Below, piece by piece: positions 24,445 through 37,085 of a DNA stretch of 64,000 bases. The notes under the pieces are model-generated. The model searched no databases. It was not told the DNA's origin and worked only from the letters and a program-made list of their open reading frames with translations. A program made the translations under genes and the position numbers. Every line of letters begins with the position of its first letter. Within the stretch, counting starts at the first letter, position 1. Source of the DNA: Thalia democratica (taxonomy: Eukaryota); the NCBI GenBank assembly GCA_965202585.1, contig OZ241833.1, positions 34,472,001 through 34,536,000 on the forward strand, written 5' to 3'.

Positions 24445-25884
24445 TCACTTCATAAACATTGAAATAGGATCTTCAATGTGTGACTTGAAGGTTTCAAGAA
24501 AAACAGATGCCTCTTCATTGTTGACCACTCTGCTGTCGCTGCTCAGTGTCACTGTCATCTCGTTTTTAACTTCCAGCTGTGGCTCCTCAGAAGAGTCACC
24601 TTCACTCTTAAGCCTGATCTTCTTTTGTGTGGTTCCTACTGCCATGATGCAGGTCTGAGGTGGGTTTATGACAGCAGTGAACTCACTGATGCCAAACATT
24701 CCCAGGTTGGATATGGTGAAGCTGCCACCCTGAAACTCCTCTGGCCTCAGCTTGTTTTCTCTTGCCCTCATTGCTAAGCTCCTTGTCTCACTTGAAATTT
24801 CGTCCAACCCTTTGGATTCTACTGACTTGACGATGGGAGTTATCAAGCCGCCAGGGGTTGCTACTGCCACTGAAATATCGCTGCTGGCAGATTCTTCAAC
24901 CACCCCTTTGCTGTTCCAAACAGAATTGACCAGTTTGTTCTGCTGCAGAGCCAACCCGGCCGCTTTCACCACAAAGTCGTTCATGGACAGCTTGGTGCCT
25001 TTCTGCCTAAGCTGGCTCCTAAGCTGGACTATGGAGTCAACGTTGCAGCTTATGGAGTTGTAGCTGTGTGGTATCTGCTGCTTGGACTCTGTCAGCCGCT
25101 GAGCTATGATCTTTCTCACATTTGAAAGCTCAACGTCTTCATACTTGACCTTTTGTCTGCGGTTTATGGTTTGTGGTGCTTCAGTTTTAGGTGCTGAAAA
25201 AGTTTTCTTTTCAACGGGAGCTTTGACCAGTTTAGGTGCAGTCTCAGATTTTGGAGTAGGCTTTGCTTCTATAACTTGCTTTGTCAAATTGTTTTCAGCA
25301 ATGTATTTAAGCACGTCTCCTTTCAGCAGCCTTCCATTTTTTCCTGAAGGAGTTACAAGGGAAGGCTGAACATTGTACCACTCCACAGCCTGCCTGACTG
25401 CAGGAGACAATGACAAGATGGGATTGAAAACAGATTTGGGGCCATCATTGCTGCTTTCACTTGGCATTGAGTCAACAGCTTGAGCAACCGGCTCAGATTT
25501 CTCTTCTACAACTGGACTGCTTGGAACAAAGCTGGCCGCCTCTGCAAGGTCCTCACCGTCTTCAGCAATGATCGCAATCGGCACTGCAAGCTTGATGTTC
25601 TTCGACCCTTCTTCCTTGAGTATCTTGGCAATCTTTCCCTCGTCGCTCGACTCAACAGTCACAACGGCCTTGTCAGTTTCAACCTCACACAACGCGTCTC
25701 CGATCTCAATCTGGTCCCCCACTTTGACGTTCCACTTCACAATGGAGCCCTCTTCCATGGTGGGAGAAAGGGCCGGCATCTCGAGGACGATGGGAGCATA
25801 GTTTCTTTGAAATTGGCTGAGCCTCCTGATGGTGTGGGCGAATCTATTCAAATGGGACTTCAGCAGGCTGAGCTTGCCAGACAT
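24445..25884 (-). CDS. PDHX: Pyruvate dehydrogenase complex component X (E3-binding protein), 479 aa, single coding exon
   Basis: Mitochondrial-type basic leader, one lipoyl domain (MPALSPTMEEG, ETDKAVV), subunit-binding domain (LSPAVR...GKNGRLLKGDVLKY) and an acyltransferase-like domain with LSSDSRVV. DSR in place of the catalytic DHR is the PDHX signature versus DLAT. Confidence 0.92.
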   Translation of the reverse strand: MSGKLSLLKSHLNRFAHTIRRLSQFQRNYAPIVLEMPALSPTMEEGSIVKWNVKVGDQIEIGDALCEVETDKAVVTVESSDEGKIAKILKEEGSKNIKLAVPIAIIAEDGEDLAEAASFVPSSPVVEEKSEPVAQAVDSMPSESSNDGPKSVFNPILSLSPAVRQAVEWYNVQPSLVTPSGKNGRLLKGDVLKYIAENNLTKQVIEAKPTPKSETAPKLVKAPVEKKTFSAPKTEAPQTINRRQKVKYEDVELSNVRKIIAQRLTESKQQIPHSYNSISCNVDSIVQLRSQLRQKGTKLSMNDFVVKAAGLALQQNKLVNSVWNSKGVVEESASSDISVAVATPGGLITPIVKSVESKGLDEISSETRSLAMRARENKLRPEEFQGGSFTISNLGMFGISEFTAVINPPQTCIMAVGTTQKKIRLKSEGDSSEEPQLEVKNEMTVTLSSDSRVVNNEEASVFLETFKSHIEDPISMFMK

Positions 25885-26563
25885 GTTTTGTATTTAAATC
25901 AAAACCTATAAAAAGATATATGTAACACATTAATCCTTTTTAAATCTTGAGTCAAATCAACTGCTTTACAATTAATTGAATTTATGAACAAATTCAATAT
26001 TCAAAAAAAGGTCAAAAATTTATGGTTGCTTTTGTATTCAACTGATAGTTTAATAGAATAATACTAAAATAACTTATTCTTTAGATTTTGAGTTAACAAC
26101 TTAAAAAATAAGAATAGGGTCATTGATAAAAATTGATAACAAAAATAACTAAATAAATTAATTTTTTGAAACTTGAGAAAAGTTATTTAATTGCATGTCA
26201 ACAATCACTTATAGTCAAGCTTTATACCTTTTATTATATATACTTTTTATTTAAGTAAAACCATAGAAGATCATAAATAACAATCTCATCTTTAATTATA
26301 TTGTGAGGTCTAAATAACAAGATGTTAAGAAGATTTATTTTTATAGAAGCAAGTTTCTCTGAAAATAAAATTCTTAACATTATAAACTTTTTTTTTTCAA
26401 ATTTATAATTTATTTATAAATTTGAATAGTTTTATATTGATAGTATAAGTTTAAAATATTCTGTAAAGTAACATAGTTTGCTCAATTACAAAAAAAATTT
26501 ACTTTAAGCAAGTGTAATTTTCTTTAAACAAATAAAGAGTTTATAAATTTTTTAGAAATTTAA

Positions 26564-27273
26564 GGCCATAGGGGGGGGTAGACCATGTTTTTTACAAGTT
26601 GATCTTATTTTATAGAATTTTTACTAAGCTTCAAGTTGCTTTTTACCGTTTTTAAAAATTCGAATTAGTTTTTGAGATATGACCGGCCAAAGTCGGGCCG
26701 CATAACAGGTTCCTTATGGGGAAGAAAAAACTAAAACGGCGAAAAAAGACTAATGCATTCAAAATCTATCTCCTCCTTCATTTTTTAAGCAATCTTCTTC
26801 AAACTTTCAGTCTATTCTTTATACAATAACAAAAAACGTTAATTGTGACTTTAAAAAATTTCAAGTAAAAATACCTTTTTTTTGAAAAAAAAATTTTTTT
26901 TTTGATAAAAAATCACTTTTTTTTTTTAATTTTTGTCATAAAATTTTTATTTTTTAAAATTATTAAAATTCACAAATAACGTTTTTTTCTCATAGTGTAA
27001 GGAACATTTCCTAAAAATTTGAAGAAGATTGATTGAAAAATGAAGGAGAAGATAGATTTTAAAGCCCGTTTTTAAAAACTCGAGAAAAACAGCTTTAAAG
27101 TTACCCTTTATATACCCTCTATAAAGACAACCCTTTATATGACCGGTCATAAAAAAAAAGTTACTTATTATTTTTAAAATCTAAAAAAAGCATCTGAAAG
27201 ATTATAAAATTTACTATAATATAAGTCTATATGTTATTTTTGGTCAAAAAATGGCTTCTACCCCCCTATGGCC
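26564..27273. mobile_element. Non-autonomous palindromic DNA transposon flanked by TTAA (Kolobok-like)
   Basis: TTAA|GGCCATAGGGGGG.GTAGA ... TCTACCCCCCTATGGCC|TTAA. The interior arms are also inverted copies (about 26760-26810 vs 27010-27060). Purine-purine termini with a TTAA target fit Kolobok rather than piggyBac. Confidence 0.75.
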
Positions 27274-30200
27274 TTAAATGAAGTGATCTAAAAATTTGGA
27301 CCAGTTTTTAAAATCATATAACACAATTTTTCAGTTACACATATTAACTTTTGAAAAATAGTCTACAGAATAAAGTATTTGTATAATTAAAATATCAAAA
27401 GTTAAAATTGGATAGACCTTTAAAGCTAACATAAATAAATACCAGTTAAAAATTAAAACCCTTAAAAAAGTGAATAATAATATTCTTATCAATTTGAGAT
27501 AACAGTCAGATGAAACAATGTTACTTAGCCTAGTTTTTAATAATAATAAAAACAACAAAGTTTAGATTTTAATAAGAACATTATGTAAACAAATATTTTT
27601 TATTTATAAATGTGAAATATAAAACAATTATTGATATCATAATAAATATTAATAAATTATTAAAAAGAAATTATTTTGCAACAATGATACAACCAAATAA
27701 GATAGTGTCAAGTAAAAACTTTGAGTTTTTATATATAAATAAATGGACAAATATATCAATTAAGAAAGTAAAAAAAACATTTTTTATACAGCAAAGTAAA
27801 GATAAACAAAAAATTATAATTATAAAACAATAAAAGTATTCTTATCTTTTTACACTTTCTGAAGTGGAAGTAAACAAATTTTTGATTTAAACTTTTTTAA
27901 GAAACCTTATAATATTGGCTATTAATTTTATGAATACTTAAATAAAGGTTTTAAAAACACATGAAATATGGCTATTTTTTCATAAAAATTTAAATAAATA
28001 CAATATTAAAGGGTGATTATATTGTTAAAAACCTACACAAAATATACTTTTATAGTTATTCTTTTTTTTAGTTATAAACACTTTATAATAGTATAAAGCG
28101 CAAATCAATTTCTAATTATTTTCAAGGCATAGTGAGATGTCAAACATTTTTTTAGATTACATAACATTGGCTTTTAAATGAAAGCTATAAGTGTGAAATA
28201 TAATTTAGTTTTATAGAACATTTTTTGAGACATAATTTTTTTTGTGAAAATTTTTTGATACAAACCTAAGAACTGCAACATTTTTCTTTTAAATTTTATT
28301 GAAAAATTTAAAACTCACTAAAAACATTTTTTTTGTTGAGCTCAGTTCTCAAAATCTAAGTAGTGTTCCTTACAATAGTTATAAAAATATGTTGAATTAG
28401 TAAATTTTTTTAGTTTAAAATTTTATTACCAAAATGGAAAAAAAAATCATTCTGTATATTATAAAAATATTTTACCACAGTATTAAGAAAAAATAACAGG
28501 TTTTAGTTTTCTATTTATATAAGACTATGAAAGTGTAAAAACTCTGCTCAAAAATGTAGGAGATAAAATTTCAGTAAAACATTGTTTGTGCCTTCAATAA
28601 AATCTTTTGTAATGTTCAGTAGCTTTTTTGTTTGAAAAACTATACACATGATGACCACACCTTTATAGAAATTTAAACTTTGAAAATTTTCAAGTGCAAA
28701 CTATTTTGTAAATTCTTTATGTATAAAATAAATGCATTGATTTTTTATTGATTAAATAAATTTATTTGTTATGGTAAGGTTAGAGTTTAAACCAGGAGTT
28801 TGTTAAACTTGCACAGCAGTTTTATAAAAAATATTAATGCTTACATAAAAAAATAAAAGACGACTAAAATAGAAGAAACAATGGTATAATTATCAAATAG
28901 TATATTTGTCAAGAATGGCTTTACATTATATACACACTTTAACATATCTTTATAGGTATGACAATATAATAGTTTTTTCTGTAAAACATAAAGTTTAATT
29001 GTTAGTTTTACTGGAAACTTTAGAATTTTTTTAAAGAGAATAATCAACAAAACTTATTCATAAACTATAAACATGGGTTATACTTTATTAAAATGTCCCA
29101 CTAAAATTACAAAAAAAAAAGAAAACTATTCTTAGCTCTATAAAAGATTCAATATATATATTTTAAAATTTCAGTTTAAAACAAACAGTTTATATTAATG
29201 CAATCTATTATAAATAGACTAAGAACAAAATCAAGTCTATTAAGAGATAATGTAACTTAGTTTAAAATATTCCATTACATTTTCCAAAACAATTTTTAAT
29301 TATTAATCTATATTTATCACTTGTTTTATCTAAACTAGTTATAAAATTTAATATTTCATTCATATGTTATAAAACAAAATGAAAATGAATAAAGCAAAAA
29401 CTATAATAAAATTAATAAAGTTAAAAAAGACTATTTGATCATGTTTAAACTTTGAATTACAAACTGGAATGTTTATAACTTTGAACTCTTTTAATGAAAT
29501 ATGGTACTATACTCAACTCAAAACAAAAACAAATTTTGTGTACTGTTATCATACACTTAATTAAACTAAGAACTTAAATTATTCATTTATTAGCTCATAA
29601 TCATCAGAATATATAGCCAAGTTAAAAAATAAGTTAGTTTTATCAAAAACAATTATTGATTAAATAAAAAGATGGTACAAAACTAGGTATAAGAGTAAAA
29701 TCAAGTATTGTTTCACAAACTTTATCAATATTATTTGTGGAAATTGAGTAAATTTTTATTCTAAAAGTTGAAGGTTATCAAAGAAGATTAAGGAGAGTTG
29801 AAATTCCTTTTTGGCCTTTTTCATATATTATATATTTAATTGTTTTCATAGGAACTTTTTTTTAACAACATAGCCAAGGAGTAAATCTTAACTGATTATT
29901 TTCTAATGTTTTGAACAATAGTTGACATTTGCAAATTCAAAAATGATTGCATTATTTTTTTTTCAAAATATATAAGATAAGCTCTTATAAATCTAATAAC
30001 TCTACTACTTGTTTTTTATTAATTACACTTTTTAAGTGCTAATACATTTCAATCTAAGTACAACAAACCACAACATTTAAAAACACTTGGTTTACAAAAA
30101 CTCCAAGGTTCATTATTATTACTTTAAACTAAACAAAACTTGAAAATAGGTATGATTTGAACTTTTAACATACTTATACATCACTGAGAAATATTTAAGT

Positions 30201-30342
30201 TTATGTTCAATATTTATTTGCAATTTACTTTGATACTTGGTACCATGTTTTGAATTTTTATTTCTGGTTTTTGTCTGTTATAATAAAATAAAACTATATT
30301 TTGTTTAATAAAAAACAGATTGATAACTAAGTTGTGGAAAAT

Positions 30343-30895
30343 GGAAACGGGTCAAATAAGCACAAAGACCCTTTTGTACGAAGGGTGAAATATGGTCTTT
30401 AATAATAATTATTGGTGAAACGGACATTTTTGCACAAAGACATTATTGCATGAAGACACTTTTGCACAAAGTAACTTTGCAGAAAAAAAAAAAATTAAAG
30501 AAAAACAAAAAAATAATAATAACTAAAAACAACAAATTAATTAAGAAATTGCCTACTGTGGGTAGGGGTTAAGGGTAGTAGTAATAGTAAAAATAAAAAG
30601 AAACTAGTAAAAGTATACAACTTAAAAAACAAAAAAAAAGTTACAGGTAATATATATTAAAAAACACAAGAAAATAAGAAAATTAAAAAAAATCCGTAAA
30701 AAAAGAAAAAAAAACAGACTAAAGGTAAGGGGTAACAGTGATAGTATAAATTAAAGAAATAAAAATCAAACTTAATAAACAAAAAACAAACTTAAAATAT
30801 TTAGCACCAGTGCAATAAATTTTTTGTGCAAAAGTCCCACATGCAAAATTGACTGCATGCAAAAGTGACCCTTTGTACACATGTGACACCTATCT
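30343..30895 (+). mobile_element. MITE, MULE/Foldback-like family A
   Basis: TIRs GGAAACGGGTCAAA / TGACACCTATCT; perfect 9-bp TSD GTGGAAAAT at 30334-30342 and 30896-30904. Confidence 0.85.
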
Positions 30896-32189
30896 GTGGA
30901 AAATAGATGTTAGTACAATAGTAATGCATTGACAAATATTTTTTATTTTGAACAACTACTACTGTTTGTTTTACTTCATCAGCTGAAAATTTAAAAACAA
31001 GGTTCTAACTAAAATTTCTAAATATTTTACTTTGAAAATAAAAATGCTATATAGTTTTTTTAAAGTTAATAAGTTAAAAAGTTATAACAACTACATACTA
31101 GAACAGGGATCAACAGCTTTTTATGTGTGTAAGACAAGGTATAAAAAAAAAATTCTTTGTAGGATTTGTTAAAAAGTTGCATTTTGAAGGCATTTCTATT
31201 TTTGAAAAATCAAGACTTCAATAGAAAAATCATTAAATAAGACACATATGTAAAACTTTTATTAAAAAAAAACACTTGTTGTTTTAAACATTAAGCTAAA
31301 AAATATGTGCTTAGGTAGGAGTAGTTTAAAGACTCCTATGATATAAGTTATTGTTAGACACTGCAAGCTTAAGTAAATATGGTACACTGAGTAAAAGTTG
31401 TTAGGTCAATTTGTGTTTTGTGACGTAGATAGTATTTCTTAAAGTAAGCTCAGAAAATACATTAAAAAGTGATCTTATTTTTTTATAGCAAACCTTCAAT
31501 CTAAGTTTATTTTAAAGTTGTTTGATGATAATACTTAAAATTTAAGTTTAAAGGATTCCCACAAATTTTGTTTTAGAAAACAAACACCAAAATAGTTTTT
31601 TTTAATAATATCTATTCCTAGAAATGCTTATCTTTTTTGAACACATCATATATCTAAATTTTTTATCAATATTATTTTATTGTTAAGGAGTTCTCAATAA
31701 AAATAATACTTTACACGAGTATAACTTACTTAAAAACAGAGTTTGCCCCTACTTGAGGCAAAAATAGCTAGCCTAAGTGAACAAAACTTAGCCAATACCT
31801 CAGTTTATTTTAAGGTTTAAAATGTATATATATGTATATATGTCAACATTTATATATACATATAATCATATATAAAATTTGGTCTGGTTTTCAGTTATGA
31901 CTGTTGCTTTATATATAATATTTCCCATTAGGCAACTTCCATTCAATCATATATATATTTATAACTAAAACTTTATTTCATACTTAAAAAGAACAAAAAT
32001 AGCTCATATATATATGACCTATTTTTGTTTTTTTTTATAGTATGAAATAAAGTTTTATTTAAAAAATTGTTTCAAGTAGTATAAAAATACTGAAGAGATA
32101 AGTAAAATTTCAAACAAAACAAAATAAACTGTGTATATGATAGACTTTTTGTACCTCATTTAAACTCCATCTTGATAATGTAAAATAGT

Positions 32190-32290
32190 TTACAACTCCA
32201 GGTTTTTTAGCCATTTTTGTTCAAAATTCCAGGTTTTACTAGCTTCTACTTAAATATTGATCAAATTTCAGGTTTTTTTGAAATCTTGTT
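32190..32290. repeat. Fragment of MITE family B
   Basis: TCCAGGTTTTTT repeats as in 57173-57593; no termini. Confidence 0.35.
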
Positions 32291-34989
32291 TAAATTAAAA
32301 TAAAACAAAAGAAAAATATCTTAACTAGTCTAAATTGTGCAAAAAAAAATCAAACAAGCCTGAGTCAGCTTAAGTTTTTTAAATAAGTTTAAACTGGCCT
32401 TTTTATAAACTTCGAATTAGTATGAGTTATCCTGAGCAGGTGGAAACTATGTAACAATCACAGAACTATTACTTTACATATAACATGGTCCACAGATTTT
32501 TAGCAGTTAAAGAATTAGTGATTTAAGATAATGTTCATATTCATATTTAACTCTACCTAAAAATAGTTTATAAATCATTTTTTTTATTATAGAATTTTTT
32601 AATTGAGAAAGTTTCCTTCTAAAAAGTTTTGCCAACATTTTGTATAGTTTATATTGTCTAAAAAAAACTTACAAAAAGTAATTACTATAATACTGTTATT
32701 CTATTTGCAAGAGAATCATTTTAGTAGATCAATAAAATAGGTTTTTATATCTTATTTTTTCTAAATGTTTTTAAATACTGTATCATTTTTTATAAAAATA
32801 TAATAAAGGTATTATGTAGTATTAAAATTGTTTGGAAATTTTATTTTGTATTCAGTTAGAAGTCAAACTGGTTAAAATTGGTAGCTAAAATCTACAAACG
32901 TCTAGTGCTCTTGTAATTTTTATTAAAATTTTATTCAAAGATGTCCAAGAGTTTTTGTTTTAGTAAAATTGTTCACAAAATTTATATTACATTTACTTAG
33001 TTTATTACTTATTTCACTTAGTCAGATTAATTTTTTCAGAGGTTCATTAATTGTCTAGCTTAGAATTAAAAATATACATAGTTCTTAAAATCAAAAATTT
33101 TCAACATTAAAGTTTAGTTATTCAAAAATATTTCTTCAGCAAAAAAAAGTTTTAAAAAATTTAGAAAACTAATTTTAAGGTGTAGTACTTTTACACAGAA
33201 GTTTAATATTTTTTAAACTCTACATCTATTTACATTTAGTCCAGTTAACTATCAAAAAACATACATTTTTCTTGAAATAAATTAATATTTGATATTTTAG
33301 CACCTAACTTTTCATTTCAGAGATTTGCTAAACTAAGTTGTTTTAAATATATGTAATCACAGCTCTAGGAAACCATAGTTAGATATGGTATATGTAACTG
33401 AAATTAAAAACAAAATAGTCAGTCATATATACATCCTGTTATACTTTTAATCAGGTTTTGCTTTTTTTTTTACTTTTCACAACATTGCAAATATTCATGT
33501 AGCTAGATATGTAGGACAATTTTTAATTTGTATAAATGATTTTTGTTTGTTAAATATTCAAACTTCAAAAAATGTAAAAATGTTTTTTAATAAGATGCTG
33601 CAACTTTGAGAAACTCAGTGAGAGTTTGTAAACTAAAAAAACCAACTTAAACAAATTTTAAGCTATAATATCACTTGCAGTTTGGATAAAAAAAAAATTA
33701 TTTTTATTCCTTAACACTCAAAAATAATAATATACAAACTTAATAACTTATAAATTAGTATACTAGACTTGACTAAATGCTCTTAAGACAATAATTTTTA
33801 ATTATAAACAGTTGAAGTTTGATGTGGTAGTCGAAAAAAAAATTATTTTAAAATTTTATTATAAAAAATTTCTAGTTAAAGTTTTACAGTTTTTTTTTTT
33901 TGCTAATGCATGTCTAAATATATTGAGTTATAGACGTAATTTTTGTTTGTATTGTAAAAACGTTGATAGATTGAGTTTTTGTTTAAAAAACATTAGTTAA
34001 TTTCAATCTTGCTGATAATGTATTAATATCATTTTCGTCATGGAAAATAGAAAGCTTATTTTAATGTTACTTAAAGTAAAAATAAATACAAATATAAAAT
34101 AAACTTTTCAATATTTTTTCACACAAAATACAATCTGCTTGAAAAATTTAAATAAATTTTAGTATAAATAGATATGTATGTATATTATCTAAGTAATTTT
34201 TTACTTAGCCTATTTAGACGGCTTAAATAATTTTTTGCAAGATGTAACGTTCAAAATAAAAAAATCCACAATTCTTGTAATTTTTGTGTTAATGTAATTA
34301 ATTTCTAAATCTAAACAGCTCAAGATAATAGCTTTAAGTTAAATAAAACATAGCACTTGTATTATTTTTAACGTTTACATGTATATATAAACCCAGAAAA
34401 TAATCAAAACTTTAGCCATGAATACCATGTCCATGATAAACTACGACTGACATGCTTATACTGAAACTTTTAACTTAAAACATGCTCTTTACTTAATAAA
34501 AAGCACATAAAAATACTATTTTTATTTAATTTTTCTAATATAGAATTGAGAGAGGCAAAGAATAAGTTAGAAGTACTTTGAAAACTCAATGTTATAAAAA
34601 TAGCATGCTTTTAAAATACCATAAAACTTTATACATTTTAGCATGTTTTGCAAAGTTTATCGGCCATAACAAACTTATTTTCATGATTTAAAAAAATCTA
34701 ACGAAATTTAACTTCACTAAAACCTTAGGATTTAAAAACTGATTTGTACTTAATAGTAACAAATATTAAAAATAAAGGTTCAACATAATACAACACCAAC
34801 ACTATTTAATACAGTGTATATTACCTAAATAGTTTCACTAAATAAAATAAAACTAAATAAAATAAGATAACAAGAAAAGTTTTAAATTTATTAAATAAAA
34901 ATGTAGAATATTTCTTTCTTATTCAAAGTTTGTAGAGGATAAATTTGTCTTGAGCAACTCAAGACTGCATTCTGCTGCAATGTATATGC

Positions 34990-35486
34990 AAGGGCGTGTC
35001 AGCGCTTTATTTAGTGAGGTTGCATAATTTTATTGTACAATAACAGAATATTTTGTGTGGAAGCTTTTAATGATACACTTTGAAAAATTACATAACTGAC
35101 TAAACTGTGTTTTTGAAAACAAACCAATAATAGCTGACGTAAACAGCTATTTTACATAAACTGAAATCATTGAAAATTAGTCTTTTGAGACACTTTCTAT
35201 TACTAAATTTAGAATAAAAGTTTTCTTTTTCAAGTTGTGCAACTTTGGTAATTATAAAAATTTTGTTTGGTTTTTTTCTATAATAAAAACTTAATAAAAC
35301 TAAAACATTTTTGACGCAGTTCTTTAAAAAATATAAACTTAACTTTATCTTATACCAAACATTTCATAAATAAATATGAATTTTTAGTAAGTAATTTTAA
35401 AATAAAAATATACTCAGTCATTTTTTTATTACGTTAATTTTCTAGGGGTCGAACAAGAAACGAAAACCTGTCAAAACACGCCCCAG
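34990..35486. mobile_element. Degenerate MITE with GGGGCGTG ends
   Basis: Left AGGGCGTGTC, right GTCAAAACACGCCCCAG. The reverse complement of the right end matches CAGGGGCGTGTTTTGAC at about 52467. Confidence 0.35.
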
Positions 35487-36416
35487 TACTACCCAGTTAA
35501 AACGCAAATGTTTTTTCTTGGTTACTCAAAAACGACTTTTTTGACTTTTTTGAATGAAAGTCAAGTATGGTACTTTCCTGTATTAAATAGAATATTTTGA
35601 AATAGGTATAACAGCGTTTAGAGATAACTTGACTTATGCTACATGATCATTTAATAAATTTTTGTATAACCATTGAAATTAGTAGTCACATTATTTAGAA
35701 AACATTAGATTTAGATAGTTTTAAGTTCGTATATATAACTTAACTTTAGAATTTTTAATTGGTTTTATTCATCTAAAATTTATAAACTATACAGTTTACG
35801 AAAATAATATATTTTTAAAGTTATTTTTGTATGACTTACGAAAAAATTTTTTTACTTTTAAAGTAGTTTTCGTTTTCTTTAGTAATTTATCATCAATTTT
35901 ACAAAAAATTAAGTTAAAAGTCTATTAAAAAAACATAACTATTTTCATAGTTTAGATTCTCTAAATATTTATAGTTTATCTTTGTTTATATAAAGTTTAT
36001 ATAGTATATTATAATAAAATAATTTATTCAACAATTGTCAATTGAAGTTTACGCCGTTTCACCTAGAAGGTTCTTCAGAACTTTTTTAATTGAGACAATA
36101 AAATGAAGTGAAGTACACATATATATAATGAGATTACGTAATGAGAAAATAACCAGTTATTAATTAATTTCTAATTACGTGTTTGAGCAAATACAAGGGA
36201 AGTTAATTAATTAATTGTAATATATAAAACTAAGAAAAAACAATCTTCAAATAAAACAAAATAATACTTATAAAAAAATTGCTAGTTATAAAAAAATAAA
36301 TAGATAAAACTTAAGATGGTAAAATAAACAAAAAAAAATACAACAATAAATAAAATAAATATCGAAATAAAACTAAAATTAACACTAAAGATAACTAGTT
36401 TAACTTGGGGCCATAT

Positions 36417-36915
36417 CTAAGTTAGTTCTTTTCTTACATTGAGTGCTTTATCTCTGTCCTCTTCAGCAATGACCATTCTTTCTAGGTTGCATATAGTACA
36501 ATTGTCTGTTTTTTTGGGAACTGAGCAGTTAATTTTAAATAACATTTGCCATTCGATTTCGGAGAATTCAATGTTGTTTAATGTAGTAAATTTAGTCAGA
36601 GCCGTTTGTTGTAATTTCTTGATAATGCTGTGCTTGTGTTGCGGCCACCTTGTTTTGAATGAATTTCCTGTAGAACCAATGTATTCTTTATCTCTAATTT
36701 TTGCTTTATATAATCCTTTTAAGAAGCATTCACCGTTAAATGGGCAGTTCATCTTATTTCTACATTTGCAAGTTCTATTTGTTTCGTTTTCAGCTTCTAA
36801 AAACTTTCTATTTTGTGAATTGATAACATTTCTTATATTGGGCAAACAGCTATACGAGATTTACAGTATTCTTGTTAAACAACTTATAAAATTTGTTGCT
36901 TTTGGGAAAATGTAG
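36417..36915 (-). mobile_element. Penelope-like retroelement fragment, GIY-YIG endonuclease region
   Basis: SYSCLPNIRNVINSQN, CKCRNKMNCPFNGEC, LYKA...YIGST...FKTRW..HK, TALTK and CTICNLE are typical of the Penelope C-terminal GIY-YIG domain. Upstream part degenerate. Confidence 0.82.
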
Positions 36916-36923
36916 ACGAAAAA

Positions 36924-37085
36924 GGTCCAAGAATTTTTTACCTATATTAGTTTTTACAGAAGTGCAAAACGGAGGGTTAAAATATATGGTTTTTAAAAGT
37001 AGTGATAATAAAATATGCAAATCATATATTTACACCTCCGTTTTGCAATTCTGTAACAACTAATATAGGTAAGAAATTCTTGAAC
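36924..37085. repeat. About 160-bp palindromic mini-element next to the Penelope fragment
   Basis: AAGAATTTTTTACCTATATTAGTTTTTACAGAAGTGCAAAACGGAGG vs CCTCCGTTTTGCAATTCTGTAACAACTAATATAGGTAAGAAATTCTT, about 50-bp inverted arms. Confidence 0.65.

Noticed and set aside
24445-25884. Calling this gene DLAT (E2)
   Set aside because: The catalytic DHR motif is DSR and the lipoyl domain has ETDKAVV, both PDHX-type.
26947-34000. Numerous 60-80 aa K/F/I/L/N-rich ORFs here and at 52397-55354, 57185-57580 and 61053-61456
   Set aside because: Composition simply mirrors AT-rich DNA or repeats, many start at TTG/GTG, and there is no splice or homology support.
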